From an uncultured Clostridia bacterium (lineage in GTDB: Bacteria; Bacillota; Clostridia; TANB77; CAG-508), in the NCBI GenBank assembly GCA_934120315.1, contig CAKOTX010000001.1:137984-201983 (forward strand): 64,000 bases of DNA, given 5' to 3'. Positions 1-8,881 of this stretch are shown one piece after another (positions within the stretch are counted from its first letter, which is position 1; the number at the start of each line of letters is the position of its first letter). Made by a program: the position numbers and the translations under genes. The notes beneath the pieces are model-generated. The model did not search any database. It was not told the DNA's origin and saw nothing but the letters and a program-made list of their open reading frames with translations.

Positions 1-378
1 TTAATACGAGCAATAGTTAAATTTTTAATGTTTTTAGACAAGCATGGAATTATGCCAAAGAAGATAATAGAAGCAAGTCCATTCCATACAAGTGTATTTT
101 TAACAAATGTAGGTTCATTAGGAATTGATAGTATATATCATCATATTTATAATTTTGGTACTACTAGTATGTTTTTCTCTATGGGAAAAAAGAAAAAGAG
201 TTATATATATGAAGATGAAGAGTTTAAAGAAGAGAAATGTATTACACTGGCATTTGTTGGTGATGAGAGAATTTGTGATGGATACTATTATGCATCATCA
301 TTTAAACTTTTATCAAAATATTTAAAGAAACCAGAACTTCTAGAAGAAAATGGAGAAGTTGAAAAAGAATTGGTATAA
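1..378 (+). CDS. 3' end of a gene continuing upstream of the window; 2-oxoacid dehydrogenase E2-like acyltransferase catalytic domain
   Basis: Frame is open from base 1 into the ORF at 28..378. FLTNVGSLGI resembles the E2 T-x-S-N-G-G motif, and ITLAFVGDERICDG aligns with the E2 LALSYDHRLIDG region. The catalytic His position reads Glu (DER instead of DHR). Confidence 0.4.
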   Translation, partial: LIRAIVKFLMFLDKHGIMPKKIIEASPFHTSVFLTNVGSLGIDSIYHHIYNFGTTSMFFSMGKKKKSYIYEDEEFKEEKCITLAFVGDERICDGYYYASSFKLLSKYLKKPELLEENGEVEKELV

Positions 379-466
379 ATTATATAAAAAGCCAAAAAGA
401 TGGTAAATTGTAAAATTAAATGCAAAATGCCAAAATAATTCAAAAAAATTCAATAAAGTTGTTGAC

Positions 467-500
467 TTTGTTCTACAAATGTGTTATTATAATTAGGTGT
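467..500 (+). promoter_or_regulatory. sigma-A type promoter (TTGACT-17-TATAAT) for the tRNA
   Basis: ttgactttgttctacaaatgtgttattataat lies immediately upstream of the tRNA. Confidence 0.5.
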
Positions 501-508
501 TAAGAAAT

Positions 509-585
<77 letters not shown>

Positions 586-596
586 TATAACACAAA

Positions 597-628
597 ACAC
601 TTATGTCGATACATAGGTGTTTTTTTAT
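597..628 (+). terminator. rho-independent terminator after the tRNA
   Basis: Stem CACTTATG / CATAGGTG followed by TTTTTTT. Confidence 0.6.
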
Positions 629-668
629 TCTAAAAAAGAGAGTTCATTTAAATGAACTCTCTAATATT

Positions 669-2054
669 TTATTCTTCCCAAAAAGCTTTATAAGTTCTAT
701 AAGCAGTATAAATATCAAATTTACTTGTAACTTCATAAGGAGCGTGCATTGAAAGGACAGGAACACCACAATCAATAACATCAACACCTTTATTAGCTAG
801 GATATATGCGATAGTACCGCCACCGCCAACATCAACTTTACCAAGTTCAGAGATTTGATATCTAATATCATTTTTCTCTAAAACTCTTCTAATCCAAGCA
901 ACGAATTCTGCATTAGCATCAGAAGCACCAGATTTTCCACGAGCCCCTGTATATTTGTTAAGACCAATACCACGTCCTAGGAAAGCTGCATTAGTTCTAT
1001 CAGAAACACTAGAATAAAGTGGATCATAACCTGCATCAACATCAGCAGATAACATTCTAGAGAAGCAGAATACCTTATCTAATAAGTTAGGTCTGTTTTC
1101 TCCAGTTTTGTTCAATAATTCAGAAATGAAATAATCAAACATATGAGATTCCATACCTGTATTACCCATGCTACCAATTTCTTCTTTATCAGATAATATG
1201 CAAACTGCAGTTGTTTTAACATTTTCCAAAGTCATCAAAGCAGATAAAGATGTGTAAGCACATATTTTATCATCTTGACCATAAGCTGCAACCATGCTTC
1301 CATCAAACCCTAAAGAACGAGCTTTGAAAGCTGGAACAACTTCAATTTCTGAACTCAAGAAATCAGCTTCTGTAATATTATATTTTTGATTTAAAATATT
1401 TAAAATATTTAATTTAACTTTTTCAGCACATTTTTCGTCATCATATGGAATGCTTCCAAGTAAAATAGCTAAATCTTCACCATCAATACCATTTTTTAAT
1501 TTTTTCTCCATTTGATCTTGAGCCAAATGAGGTAATAAATCAGAAATTGTGAAAATTGGGTCATTATCATCTTCACCAATATTTATTGTGATTTTTTCGC
1601 CATTAGCTTTTACAATGACTCCGTGTAAACTTAATGGAATTGTTGTCCATTGATATTTTTTAATTCCACCATAATAATGAGTTTTAAAATATGCGAACCC
1701 AGAATCTTCATATAATGGATTTGGCTTTAAATCAAGTCTTGGAGAATCTATGTGAGCTCCAACAATTTGTAACCCATTTTCTAATTTATCAGTTCCAATA
1801 ACAGCTAAATACATACTTTTTTCTCTGTTAATAAAATAAACTTTATCGCCAGGATTTAGTGTTTCATAGCTAGCTAAATCTCTAAAACCGTTAGCTTCAG
1901 CAATTGCTTTAGCTGTAACAACAGCTTCTCTTTCTGTTTTTGATTTATTCATAAAGTTCATATAATTATTGCAATATGAATAAATAGCTTCTTTTTCACG
2001 AGTGTCAATACTTGACCATCCAACTTCTTTTTTGTTAAAAAGTTTTTCTTCCAT
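669..2054 (-). CDS. M18-family aminopeptidase (aminopeptidase I-like, zinc metallopeptidase)
   Basis: 461-aa ORF with full-length resemblance to clostridial aminopeptidase 1 (M18/M42 fold). RBS AAAGGAAG upstream of the ATG. Confidence 0.7.
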   Translation of the reverse strand: MEEKLFNKKEVGWSSIDTREKEAIYSYCNNYMNFMNKSKTEREAVVTAKAIAEANGFRDLASYETLNPGDKVYFINREKSMYLAVIGTDKLENGLQIVGAHIDSPRLDLKPNPLYEDSGFAYFKTHYYGGIKKYQWTTIPLSLHGVIVKANGEKITINIGEDDNDPIFTISDLLPHLAQDQMEKKLKNGIDGEDLAILLGSIPYDDEKCAEKVKLNILNILNQKYNITEADFLSSEIEVVPAFKARSLGFDGSMVAAYGQDDKICAYTSLSALMTLENVKTTAVCILSDKEEIGSMGNTGMESHMFDYFISELLNKTGENRPNLLDKVFCFSRMLSADVDAGYDPLYSSVSDRTNAAFLGRGIGLNKYTGARGKSGASDANAEFVAWIRRVLEKNDIRYQISELGKVDVGGGGTIAYILANKGVDVIDCGVPVLSMHAPYEVTSKFDIYTAYRTYKAFWEE

Positions 2055-2165
2055 TTTATATCTTCCTTTCTTATGTGTTATTTTTTACTGTAGTATATCA
2101 CTTTATGTTTTATTTTTCCATAGATTATTTAAAATATTCCTAAAATGTCAGAAAAATATCTGTCC

Positions 2166-2258
2166 CCAAATTGACACCTTGTCAAGAAAAACACCGACAC
2201 CAAATTGACAAGGCTGTCAAAAAAAACACCGACACCAAATTGACAACAAATTGTCAGC
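2166..2258 (+). promoter_or_regulatory. three phased about-35-bp direct repeats, each containing a TTGACA-N3-4-TGTCAA palindrome (operator-like array)
   Basis: The unit AAAAACACCGACACCAAATTGACAAGGCTGTCAA is repeated about 2.5 times. Palindromes sit at about 2171-2185, 2205-2219 and 2240-2257, in the divergent region between the aminopeptidase and the YhfW-like gene. Confidence 0.55.
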
Positions 2259-2307
2259 ATAAAATACGAAAAAGTGGAAAAAATAGGGTAAAAAGGGAGG
2301 AAAAAGT

Positions 2308-3807
2308 ATGGAATCTTTATGGATAAAAACAACGGAAAATAATGAGATTTTTGAACAATTAAATGATACAAAAAAAGTGGATGTATGTGTAATTGGGGGA
2401 GGATTATTTGGGCTTACTACAGCATATTATTTGACTAAAAATAATATAAATACTATTGTTTTAGAAAAAGGGAGAATTGGAGAGAAGGTTAGTGGAAATA
2501 CAACTGGTAAAATAACTAGTCAACATGATTTGTTTTATGCACATTTAGCTGATGATTATGGATATGATTATGCTCAAAAATATTTAGAGGCTAATGAACA
2601 GGCGATAGAGAATATTAAAAAAATTGTAAAGGATGAACAGATTGATTGTGATTTTTCTGAAGAAAAGTCATATGTGTATACAACAGCAGAAGATGAAGTA
2701 CCTGAAATAGAAAAAGAGGTAGAAGTTGTTAATAAATTAGGAAAAAATGCTAAGTTGGTTTCAAATATAGATTTGCCAATAAAGATAAAGGCGGCTATTG
2801 AGTTTGATGGACAAGCTCAATTCCATCCAAGAAAATATATGCTTGGATTAGCTAATGTTATATCGAAGCAGAATAAGATTTATGAAAATACAACTGTAGT
2901 GGATGTGGAAAAAGATAAAGAGGGATATAAAATTTCTACAGATACAGGAAATGATGTTTATGCAAAACATGTTGTTATAGCAACTCATTTTCCAATTGTA
3001 AATGCACCTGGTTTTTATTTTGTTAAAATGTATCAATCTACTTCATATTTAATTGCAATTGAGACTGAAAGTAAATTGCCAAAGGGAATGTATATCAATG
3101 TTAAAGAGCCAACATATTCTTTTAGAACGGCATTATATGATGGAAAAGAAGTTTTATTAATAGGTGGTGTTGGAAATAAAACAGGTGAGCCTATAACTGA
3201 TGAATTTCATTATAATGAGTTGGAAAAGAAAGCAAAGGAAATGTATCCGGATTGTAAGGTGTTATTTAGATGGGATACGAGAGATTGCATTAGTTTAGAT
3301 AAAATTCCGTATATTGGGGAATTTTCAAACTTGATGAAAAATATATATGTAGGAACAGGGTTTAAAAAATGGGGAATGACTTCTTCAAATGTGGCTGCTA
3401 CTATAGTAACTGATAAAATATTAGGAAAAGAAAATGAGTTTTCTGAGATATTTTCTGCTACAAGGGTAAAGCCTATAAAAAATAGATGGGAAGTTCAAAA
3501 TATGTTGAAACAAACAGTAAATTCAATTGCTTTTAATAAATTTAAAATAGAACCATATAGCATAGATCAAATAGAAAATGATAATGCTGCAATTTTAGAA
3601 ATAAATGGTGAAAATGTTGGAGTTTATAAGGATATAACAGGAAAAATATATGCGGTAAAACCAAATTGCTCACATTTAGGATGTTTGCTCTCATGGAATA
3701 ATGCCGATAAAACTTGGGACTGTCCATGTCATGGAAGTAGATTTGACTATATGGGAAGAAATATCTATGAACCAGCAATTAAAAATTTAGAAATAAAACA
3801 CATTTAA
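2308..3807 (+). CDS. FAD-dependent oxidoreductase fused to a C-terminal Rieske [2Fe-2S] domain (B. subtilis YhfW-like)
   Basis: N-terminal dinucleotide-binding motif VIGGGLFGL. C-terminal Rieske motifs CSHLGC ... CPCHGSRF. RBS AGGGAGG. Confidence 0.75.
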   Translation: MESLWIKTTENNEIFEQLNDTKKVDVCVIGGGLFGLTTAYYLTKNNINTIVLEKGRIGEKVSGNTTGKITSQHDLFYAHLADDYGYDYAQKYLEANEQAIENIKKIVKDEQIDCDFSEEKSYVYTTAEDEVPEIEKEVEVVNKLGKNAKLVSNIDLPIKIKAAIEFDGQAQFHPRKYMLGLANVISKQNKIYENTTVVDVEKDKEGYKISTDTGNDVYAKHVVIATHFPIVNAPGFYFVKMYQSTSYLIAIETESKLPKGMYINVKEPTYSFRTALYDGKEVLLIGGVGNKTGEPITDEFHYNELEKKAKEMYPDCKVLFRWDTRDCISLDKIPYIGEFSNLMKNIYVGTGFKKWGMTSSNVAATIVTDKILGKENEFSEIFSATRVKPIKNRWEVQNMLKQTVNSIAFNKFKIEPYSIDQIENDNAAILEINGENVGVYKDITGKIYAVKPNCSHLGCLLSWNNADKTWDCPCHGSRFDYMGRNIYEPAIKNLEIKHI

Positions 3808-3863
3808 TATATTCAAATTGCTAAAAAGGTGCTATAATAAAAATATTAATTGGAGGAAAATAG

Positions 3864-4436
3864 ATGAATATTTTTGAAACAATATACACTAACTTAATAA
3901 AATTCATAAATAGACCATTATCCAAAGTAATAATTCCTGAAAAAGAGTATAAAGATGTAAAAGATTTAAATCTGAATGAAATAGAAGAATGGAAGAGCAA
4001 ATATGGCATAGGAGGGATTATCTTAGATATTGATGGAACAATAAGACAAGATTTTAAAGATGTTGATTATAGAAATATAAAATGGATACTAAGATTAAAA
4101 AAAGAATTTAAAATATGTATTGTTTCAAATGGAAGTGATAAAAAAATAAAGAAGATGGCTGACAGAATGGAAATTAAATATTTTTCAAATTCTTTTAAAC
4201 CAAGGAGAAAGGCATTTACTAAAGCTGCAAATGAAATGGGATTAGACCCAGAAAATATTCTTGTAATAGGTGATGAATATTTATCAGATGTTTTGGGAGG
4301 TCAAAGAAGTTGCATGTGGACTGCAGTAATAGGCGAAAAAAACTTTAGAAATCAATTGAAAGTAGCAATTAATCAAGAGGAAAAAAAGGTAGAAAATCAA
4401 AATGTAGAAAAAGATAATGTTGAAATTAGATATTAA
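3864..4436 (+). CDS. HAD-superfamily (IIIA, YqeG-like) phosphatase
   Basis: DxDGT motif ILDIDGTI, then VSNGS, then GDEYLSD (HAD motifs I-III). About 190 aa. Confidence 0.6.
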   Translation: MNIFETIYTNLIKFINRPLSKVIIPEKEYKDVKDLNLNEIEEWKSKYGIGGIILDIDGTIRQDFKDVDYRNIKWILRLKKEFKICIVSNGSDKKIKKMADRMEIKYFSNSFKPRRKAFTKAANEMGLDPENILVIGDEYLSDVLGGQRSCMWTAVIGEKNFRNQLKVAINQEEKKVENQNVEKDNVEIRY

Positions 4437-4520
4437 ATATTGGAAATTGTAAAAAAATATTTACAAAAAAAAACCAATTTGCTATAATAAAATTGTATAA
4501 ATAAACGAAGGAGAATAAAT

Positions 4521-5156
4521 ATGGAATACGAAAAATCAGAAGGAGATATAAAATACAGAAGTGCATGTGAAAATGTAAAAAAAATAGTAAATGCAATTAA
4601 ATTCTTGAAAATAAAATATTATCTAGATTTTTCAAAGATTTCTAAAGAAGATGAAGAAAGATTTCAACAGTTAGAAGCAGATTTAGATAGAGTTTCAGAA
4701 GAAAATAATTTAGCTGGACTAAAATCAGAATTGATGAGCGAAGTCAATGCAAAATATGGTCAAAGGAATAATGATGGAGAGCCACAGCCTAAATTTGTTG
4801 ATGATAAATTAATGGCATGCTATGGAGTTATAGATGTTCAAAAAGATGTATTGTCAAAAGGAAAAATAAAAAAAGCAATAAAATGTCAAGAAATATTAAA
4901 ACAATATATCGAAGAATTAGATTCAGAAGAATACAGAAAACTTATAGTTAATTATAAAAGAAGCAAATTAGGGGAATTAAGTAAAACAAATGAAGTTGTA
5001 CATGAAAATAATGAACAATGGATGAAAAAACTGAAATTATGTAGTAGAGAAGAACTAGCAACTCAGAGAAAAGATGCGATGGGAGTCATAAATTTGATCA
5101 GAATAGGAAAACAAAATACACAAGAATTAGAAAGTAGAGAAGAACTAGAAGTATAA
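4521..5156 (+). CDS. hypothetical protein, charged/coiled-coil
   Basis: 211-aa ORF with strong RBS GAAGGAGA. No recognisable motif. Confidence 0.5.
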   Translation: MEYEKSEGDIKYRSACENVKKIVNAIKFLKIKYYLDFSKISKEDEERFQQLEADLDRVSEENNLAGLKSELMSEVNAKYGQRNNDGEPQPKFVDDKLMACYGVIDVQKDVLSKGKIKKAIKCQEILKQYIEELDSEEYRKLIVNYKRSKLGELSKTNEVVHENNEQWMKKLKLCSREELATQRKDAMGVINLIRIGKQNTQELESREELEV

Positions 5157-5176
5157 TAACATAGGAGGAAATAAAA

Positions 5177-5617
5177 TTGGATAGAGCATATGAAGAAGCT
5201 TTTGCTGAAATAGATGAGATATTTAAAATTATGCCGATAGATTTATTAAGTAAAATTCCGGCACAATTTAGGCAAATGATTTCAGAAAATAAAGCAAGAG
5301 ATTATGATGTTAGAATACAAGAACCTTTAGATGAAAGAAATCTAAAAGGAGAAACTGTTGCAATATTAGGACTTATTTATAGAGATTTTTTATCAAGTCC
5401 AGAAGAAAGAGACGAGCTTCAGAAAAGAGATTCTGAAGAATTAGATAGAATTGAAAAAGAAAAAAATGAACAATATGATATTGAAAATGTATTTTCAAAG
5501 AGAAAAAATAAACAAAATGAAGACAGTGAAAGCTCAACAGAGTTAGTTGTTTATAAGGAAAAAGGATTTTTTAGAAAGATATTTAATTTCTTTAAAAACT
5601 TTTTTATAAAAAATTAA
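5177..5617 (+). CDS. hypothetical protein with TTG start; acidic, with an amphipathic Phe/Lys-rich C-terminus
   Basis: AGGAGG sits 8 nt before the TTG. The C-terminus reads GFFRKIFNFFKNFFIKN. Confidence 0.5.
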   Translation: MDRAYEEAFAEIDEIFKIMPIDLLSKIPAQFRQMISENKARDYDVRIQEPLDERNLKGETVAILGLIYRDFLSSPEERDELQKRDSEELDRIEKEKNEQYDIENVFSKRKNKQNEDSESSTELVVYKEKGFFRKIFNFFKNFFIKN

Positions 5618-5710
5618 TAAAAAATGTCGAAATTTATTGACTTATATAAATCTTTTTGCTAAAATAACAGCATAAATCATATATTTATATGTTTTATAAA
5701 TCCGTTTATT

Positions 5711-5758
5711 GAACTAGATAGATTGCTTTTAAGACCAGTTATCTAGTTCTCTTTTTTT
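5711..5758 (+). terminator. rho-independent terminator
   Basis: GAACTAGAT ... ATCTAGTTC followed by CTTTTTTT. Confidence 0.55.
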
Positions 5759-5821
5759 GTCTTAAAATTGTTTACAATTAAATAAATTAAATATATAATT
5801 TGAAGCAAGGGGGAAAAGAAA

Positions 5822-6493
5822 ATGGGAAAATTATTTGTAATAGATGGAACAGATGGAAGTGGAAAACAAACACAATTTGCTAAATTAGAAGAAAGATTAA
5901 CAAAAGATGGAGTGGATTATAAAACAGTTAGTTTTCCAAATTATGATTCACCAAGTTCTTCATTAGTAAAAATGTATTTATCAGGTGAATTCGGAAAAAA
6001 TGCAAAAGATGTTAGTCCATATATAGCTTCTAGTTTCTATGCAGCAGATAGATATGCAACATTTAAAACAGGATATAAAGAATATTATGACAATGGAGGA
6101 ATTATATTAGCAGACAGATATACAACAGCCAATATGGTTCATCAAGCAGGCAAAATTGCAGATAAAACAGAAAGAAAAAAGTTTTTAGATTGGTTATGTG
6201 ATTTTGAATTTAATATGTATGGATTACCAGTTCCAACAGAAGTATTTTTCTTAAATATGCCAGTTGAAAAATCTTTAGAATTGATAAAAAACAGAGAAAA
6301 TAAATTTACACATCAAGCTCAAAAAGATATACATGAGAGTGATCCAAATCACTTAATTGATGCATATCATGCTGCATGCGATGTTGCTAAAGAGTATAAT
6401 TGGTATGAAATAAAATGTATGAATGGAGATAAAATAAGAACTATAGAAGATATTCATGAAGAGATATATAATGAAGTAAAAAAACATATATAA
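5822..6493 (+). CDS. thymidylate kinase-family (Tmk-like) nucleoside monophosphate kinase
   Basis: P-loop IDGTDGSGKQTQ, a DRY-like motif AADRY, and the overall Tmk length (223 aa). Confidence 0.6.
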   Translation: MGKLFVIDGTDGSGKQTQFAKLEERLTKDGVDYKTVSFPNYDSPSSSLVKMYLSGEFGKNAKDVSPYIASSFYAADRYATFKTGYKEYYDNGGIILADRYTTANMVHQAGKIADKTERKKFLDWLCDFEFNMYGLPVPTEVFFLNMPVEKSLELIKNRENKFTHQAQKDIHESDPNHLIDAYHAACDVAKEYNWYEIKCMNGDKIRTIEDIHEEIYNEVKKHI

Positions 6494-6617
6494 TAGCAAA
6501 AATGAAATAACAAGAAAAAACGAGCAAAAAAGAGTAAAATAATGCAAAAACATTCAAAACGCGGAAATAAATTGACCTAATTTGACTGCCAAAAGCTAGA
6601 AAAAGCAAAAACAGAAT

Positions 6618-6645
6618 TTGAAAAATTTCCTAAATTTGGTATAAT
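6618..6645 (+). promoter_or_regulatory. strong sigma-A promoter (TTGAAA-16-TGGTATAAT, extended -10) driving the non-coding unit
   Basis: ttgaaaaatttcctaaatttggtataat. No ORF downstream for about 580 nt. Confidence 0.55.
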
Positions 6646-6652
6646 AAATATC

Positions 6653-7208
6653 GATGGTGCATTATTCTAGTCGTACTATTTATTGTGAGGGTGGGGCTAA
6701 AAATCCACTAAAGGGCATACCGATGAAACTTCTTGTTTGTGCGCGAACTGCCAGGTTTGTGTGTGAGTAGGAAGGAAGAGGTGTGGGTATTATATAATGG
6801 CATATATAAAATCCCATATTTCGTTGAGGCTTAAATTGCATTTTAAGTATAACCTATGTTGAGTGCCAAGACACAAAATACATAGTGTAGCCTGTCTTGA
6901 GTGAATGTATTGGGATTGTGATACTATGAAATTACATTTGCAAAAAGGACTAACAATAAATTAAGTATGTTAAGGAAAACTTCTAGAATGTTTGCTTTAA
7001 AAAGCATAGAAATCTGAGGATTAAGGTACGGACTTAAGTGGCGATCTAGTGTCTTCTGAAATATGTAGATGTTCTTTTAAATGGAAACAGCTATGTAGTA
7101 ATACATAGTAAAGAATAGAGAAATTCAACTAGACCTAAACCGTAAAATTTACTTAGGTTTTACCATCTTGATTTGAATAAAATATAGAGCGACCTTAGGT
7201 CGCCTTTT
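6653..7208 (+). ncRNA. ole: large structured ncRNA; candidate OLE (ornate, large, extremophilic) RNA
   Basis: About 560 nt with no ORF of at least 60 aa in frame with a credible start. It is locally GC-enriched (for example gtgagggtggggctaaaaatccactaaagggcataccgatgaaac and gtgtgtgagtaggaaggaagaggtgtggg). It has its own promoter and an intrinsic terminator, and lies directly upstream of a small 4-TM membrane protein. This is the canonical ole-oapA arrangement of anaerobic Firmicutes. Confidence 0.5.
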
Positions 7209-7215
7209 ATTTACA
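7187..7215 (+). terminator. intrinsic terminator ending the ncRNA
   Basis: GCGACC-TTAG-GGTCGC followed by CTTTTATTT. It sits immediately before the RBS of the gene at 7233. Confidence 0.6.
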
Positions 7216-7232
7216 AAAAGGAGAAAGATAAA

Positions 7233-7754
7233 ATGGCAAAAAAGAAAGAAAAAGAACACTCGAAATGGGAATGGTTTATTGAAGTATGTATAATAACATT
7301 TGTTTTATCTATTTGTTTTTCATACATATCAACAAATGGAGTGTCACACTTAAATTTAGTTGCATCAATATTTATATTAATTGCTGTAATTGCTATAGGA
7401 ATTATATTTGATATTATAGGTGTAGCAGTAACGGTGGCAAATGAACATGAATTTCATGCTAAAGCAACCAAAAAAGTAGATGGTGCTAAAACATCATTAA
7501 AGTTAATAAAAAATGCTTCTAAAGTAGCTAATATTTGTGCTGATGTAATAGGAGATATCTGTGGGGTATTAAGTGGTGCAATAAGTGCAATGATAGCTGC
7601 TAAAATTGCTGAAAAGACAGGAACTAATCTACAATTTGTTATAAGTGCATTAGTTGCCTCATTAACAGTTGGAGGTAAAGCTTTAGGTAAAGAAGTTGCA
7701 AATAAAAATTCTACAAATATTGTACACTTTGTAGGAAAAATATTAAAAAAATAG
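7233..7754 (+). CDS. oapA: small four-TM membrane protein; candidate OapA (OLE-associated protein A)
   Basis: 173 aa with four hydrophobic helices (WFIEVCIITFVLSICF; LVASIFILIAVIAIGIIFDIIGVAV; ICADVIGDICGVLSGAISAMIAA; FVISALVASLTVGG). RBS AAAGGAGA. Lies immediately downstream of the large ncRNA. Confidence 0.5.
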   Translation: MAKKKEKEHSKWEWFIEVCIITFVLSICFSYISTNGVSHLNLVASIFILIAVIAIGIIFDIIGVAVTVANEHEFHAKATKKVDGAKTSLKLIKNASKVANICADVIGDICGVLSGAISAMIAAKIAEKTGTNLQFVISALVASLTVGGKALGKEVANKNSTNIVHFVGKILKK

Positions 7755-7790
7755 AGTTAAACGATTTAATTCGTTTAACTCTATTTTTTT
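7754..7790. terminator. bidirectional terminator between convergent genes
   Basis: AGAGTTAAACGA-tttaat-TCGTTTAACTCT followed by T7. Confidence 0.6.
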
Positions 7791-8769
7791 AACGTTCAGA
7801 ATTATCTGATATTTCATTAGATTGAGTAATATTTGAATTTGATTTTTCTTGTTGTTCTACAAGAGCTTTTATGAATTCTTGTTTACAAGACTTAGTATAT
7901 TCAAAAGCAGATGAACTAGATGAATTTGTATATTCAAAAAGTGCTCTGTAATAAGTTAAACCAGTGTTTATTGCATAACCAAGTTCTGTATTATTTGTAA
8001 AAGAATTTGTTCCTTTTTCATTAACTTCAGCATTTTCAGAATATGCATTAACATATTCATTATCCCAATAAGTTACTTGTTCTGATAAAAGATTTTCTTT
8101 ATCTTTACTAACAGAAATATTCAAAAGACTTCCTCCGTAAATTTCTTTATTATCTTTTGAACTTAGAGAATATCTAACTATTTTATCTCCATTTTCTGCA
8201 GTATCCTCATATAAAGAAAAATCTGAAATTTGCTTAAGAAAAGAGATGTTTTCAGCAGATACTTGTTCTTCATGTGATTTATTGTATTCTGTTGCATATA
8301 CACTTTTTACATAATTCAAAACTTTATCAGGAGTTGTTAAAGAATTGATAATTTCGCTAGTTTCTTCAATTTTAGCTTCATGAAGTTCATTTTCATCTAT
8401 TTTTAGACTATCTCTAAAATCTTTTGTTTTATTTGAATCTTGAGATGTTGCTTCACTTCTAGATATACCTGCTGGCAATAAAGGCTGATTTTTTTGAAAT
8501 TGCATACCTGCTAAAAAAGAAGAAATAGATAATACTCCTGCAGCAAGACCAACTTTTATTCTATTAAATTTTTTCTTGTTTTCTAGCATAAGCTTTTTTT
8601 GTTCTTTAATATATAAATCTTTTCTTTCTTCTGGGGATAATTCTCTATTATGTTTCTTTTCCCAATATTTTATAGCTTTTAAAGTATTTTGTTTGGCCTT
8701 ATTTTTCATATATCTTTTTAAAGGTCCAATATTCTTTTGTTTTCTTTTATTTTTATCCATATTATTCAC
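7789..8769 (-). CDS. hypothetical membrane-anchored protein with a basic cytoplasmic N-terminus, one TM and an extracytoplasmic Ser/Asn/Glu-rich domain
   Basis: 326 aa. The TM segment is VGLAAGVLSISSFLAGMQF. RBS AGGTGA. Confidence 0.55.
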   Translation of the reverse strand: MNNMDKNKRKQKNIGPLKRYMKNKAKQNTLKAIKYWEKKHNRELSPEERKDLYIKEQKKLMLENKKKFNRIKVGLAAGVLSISSFLAGMQFQKNQPLLPAGISRSEATSQDSNKTKDFRDSLKIDENELHEAKIEETSEIINSLTTPDKVLNYVKSVYATEYNKSHEEQVSAENISFLKQISDFSLYEDTAENGDKIVRYSLSSKDNKEIYGGSLLNISVSKDKENLLSEQVTYWDNEYVNAYSENAEVNEKGTNSFTNNTELGYAINTGLTYYRALFEYTNSSSSSAFEYTKSCKQEFIKALVEQQEKSNSNITQSNEISDNSER

Positions 8770-8881
8770 CTAAAAATATTATATCAAATAATTATTTTTT
8801 GTCAATATAATATTAAATTTGCACAATTTATGTAAATGTGATAAAATGTAAATATGAAATAACTTGTAGGAGGTTACTAAT

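Noticed and set aside
125-325. Track ORFs overlapping real genes on other frames or strands (for example 125..325, 2129..2371, 8779..9069, 9016..9285, 10385..10660, 24140..24610, 30329..30856, 33458..33922, 46141..46677, 49481..50089)
   Set aside because: These are low-complexity translations of AT-rich antisense or off-frame sequence (Ile/Leu/Phe/Tyr-rich). They lack RBSs and are fully embedded in well-supported genes.
2166-2258. Possible CRISPR array (short direct repeats)
   Set aside because: Only about 2.5 units with no unique spacers of regular size. The repeats contain palindromic operator-like half-sites and lie in a promoter region. No cas genes anywhere in the window.
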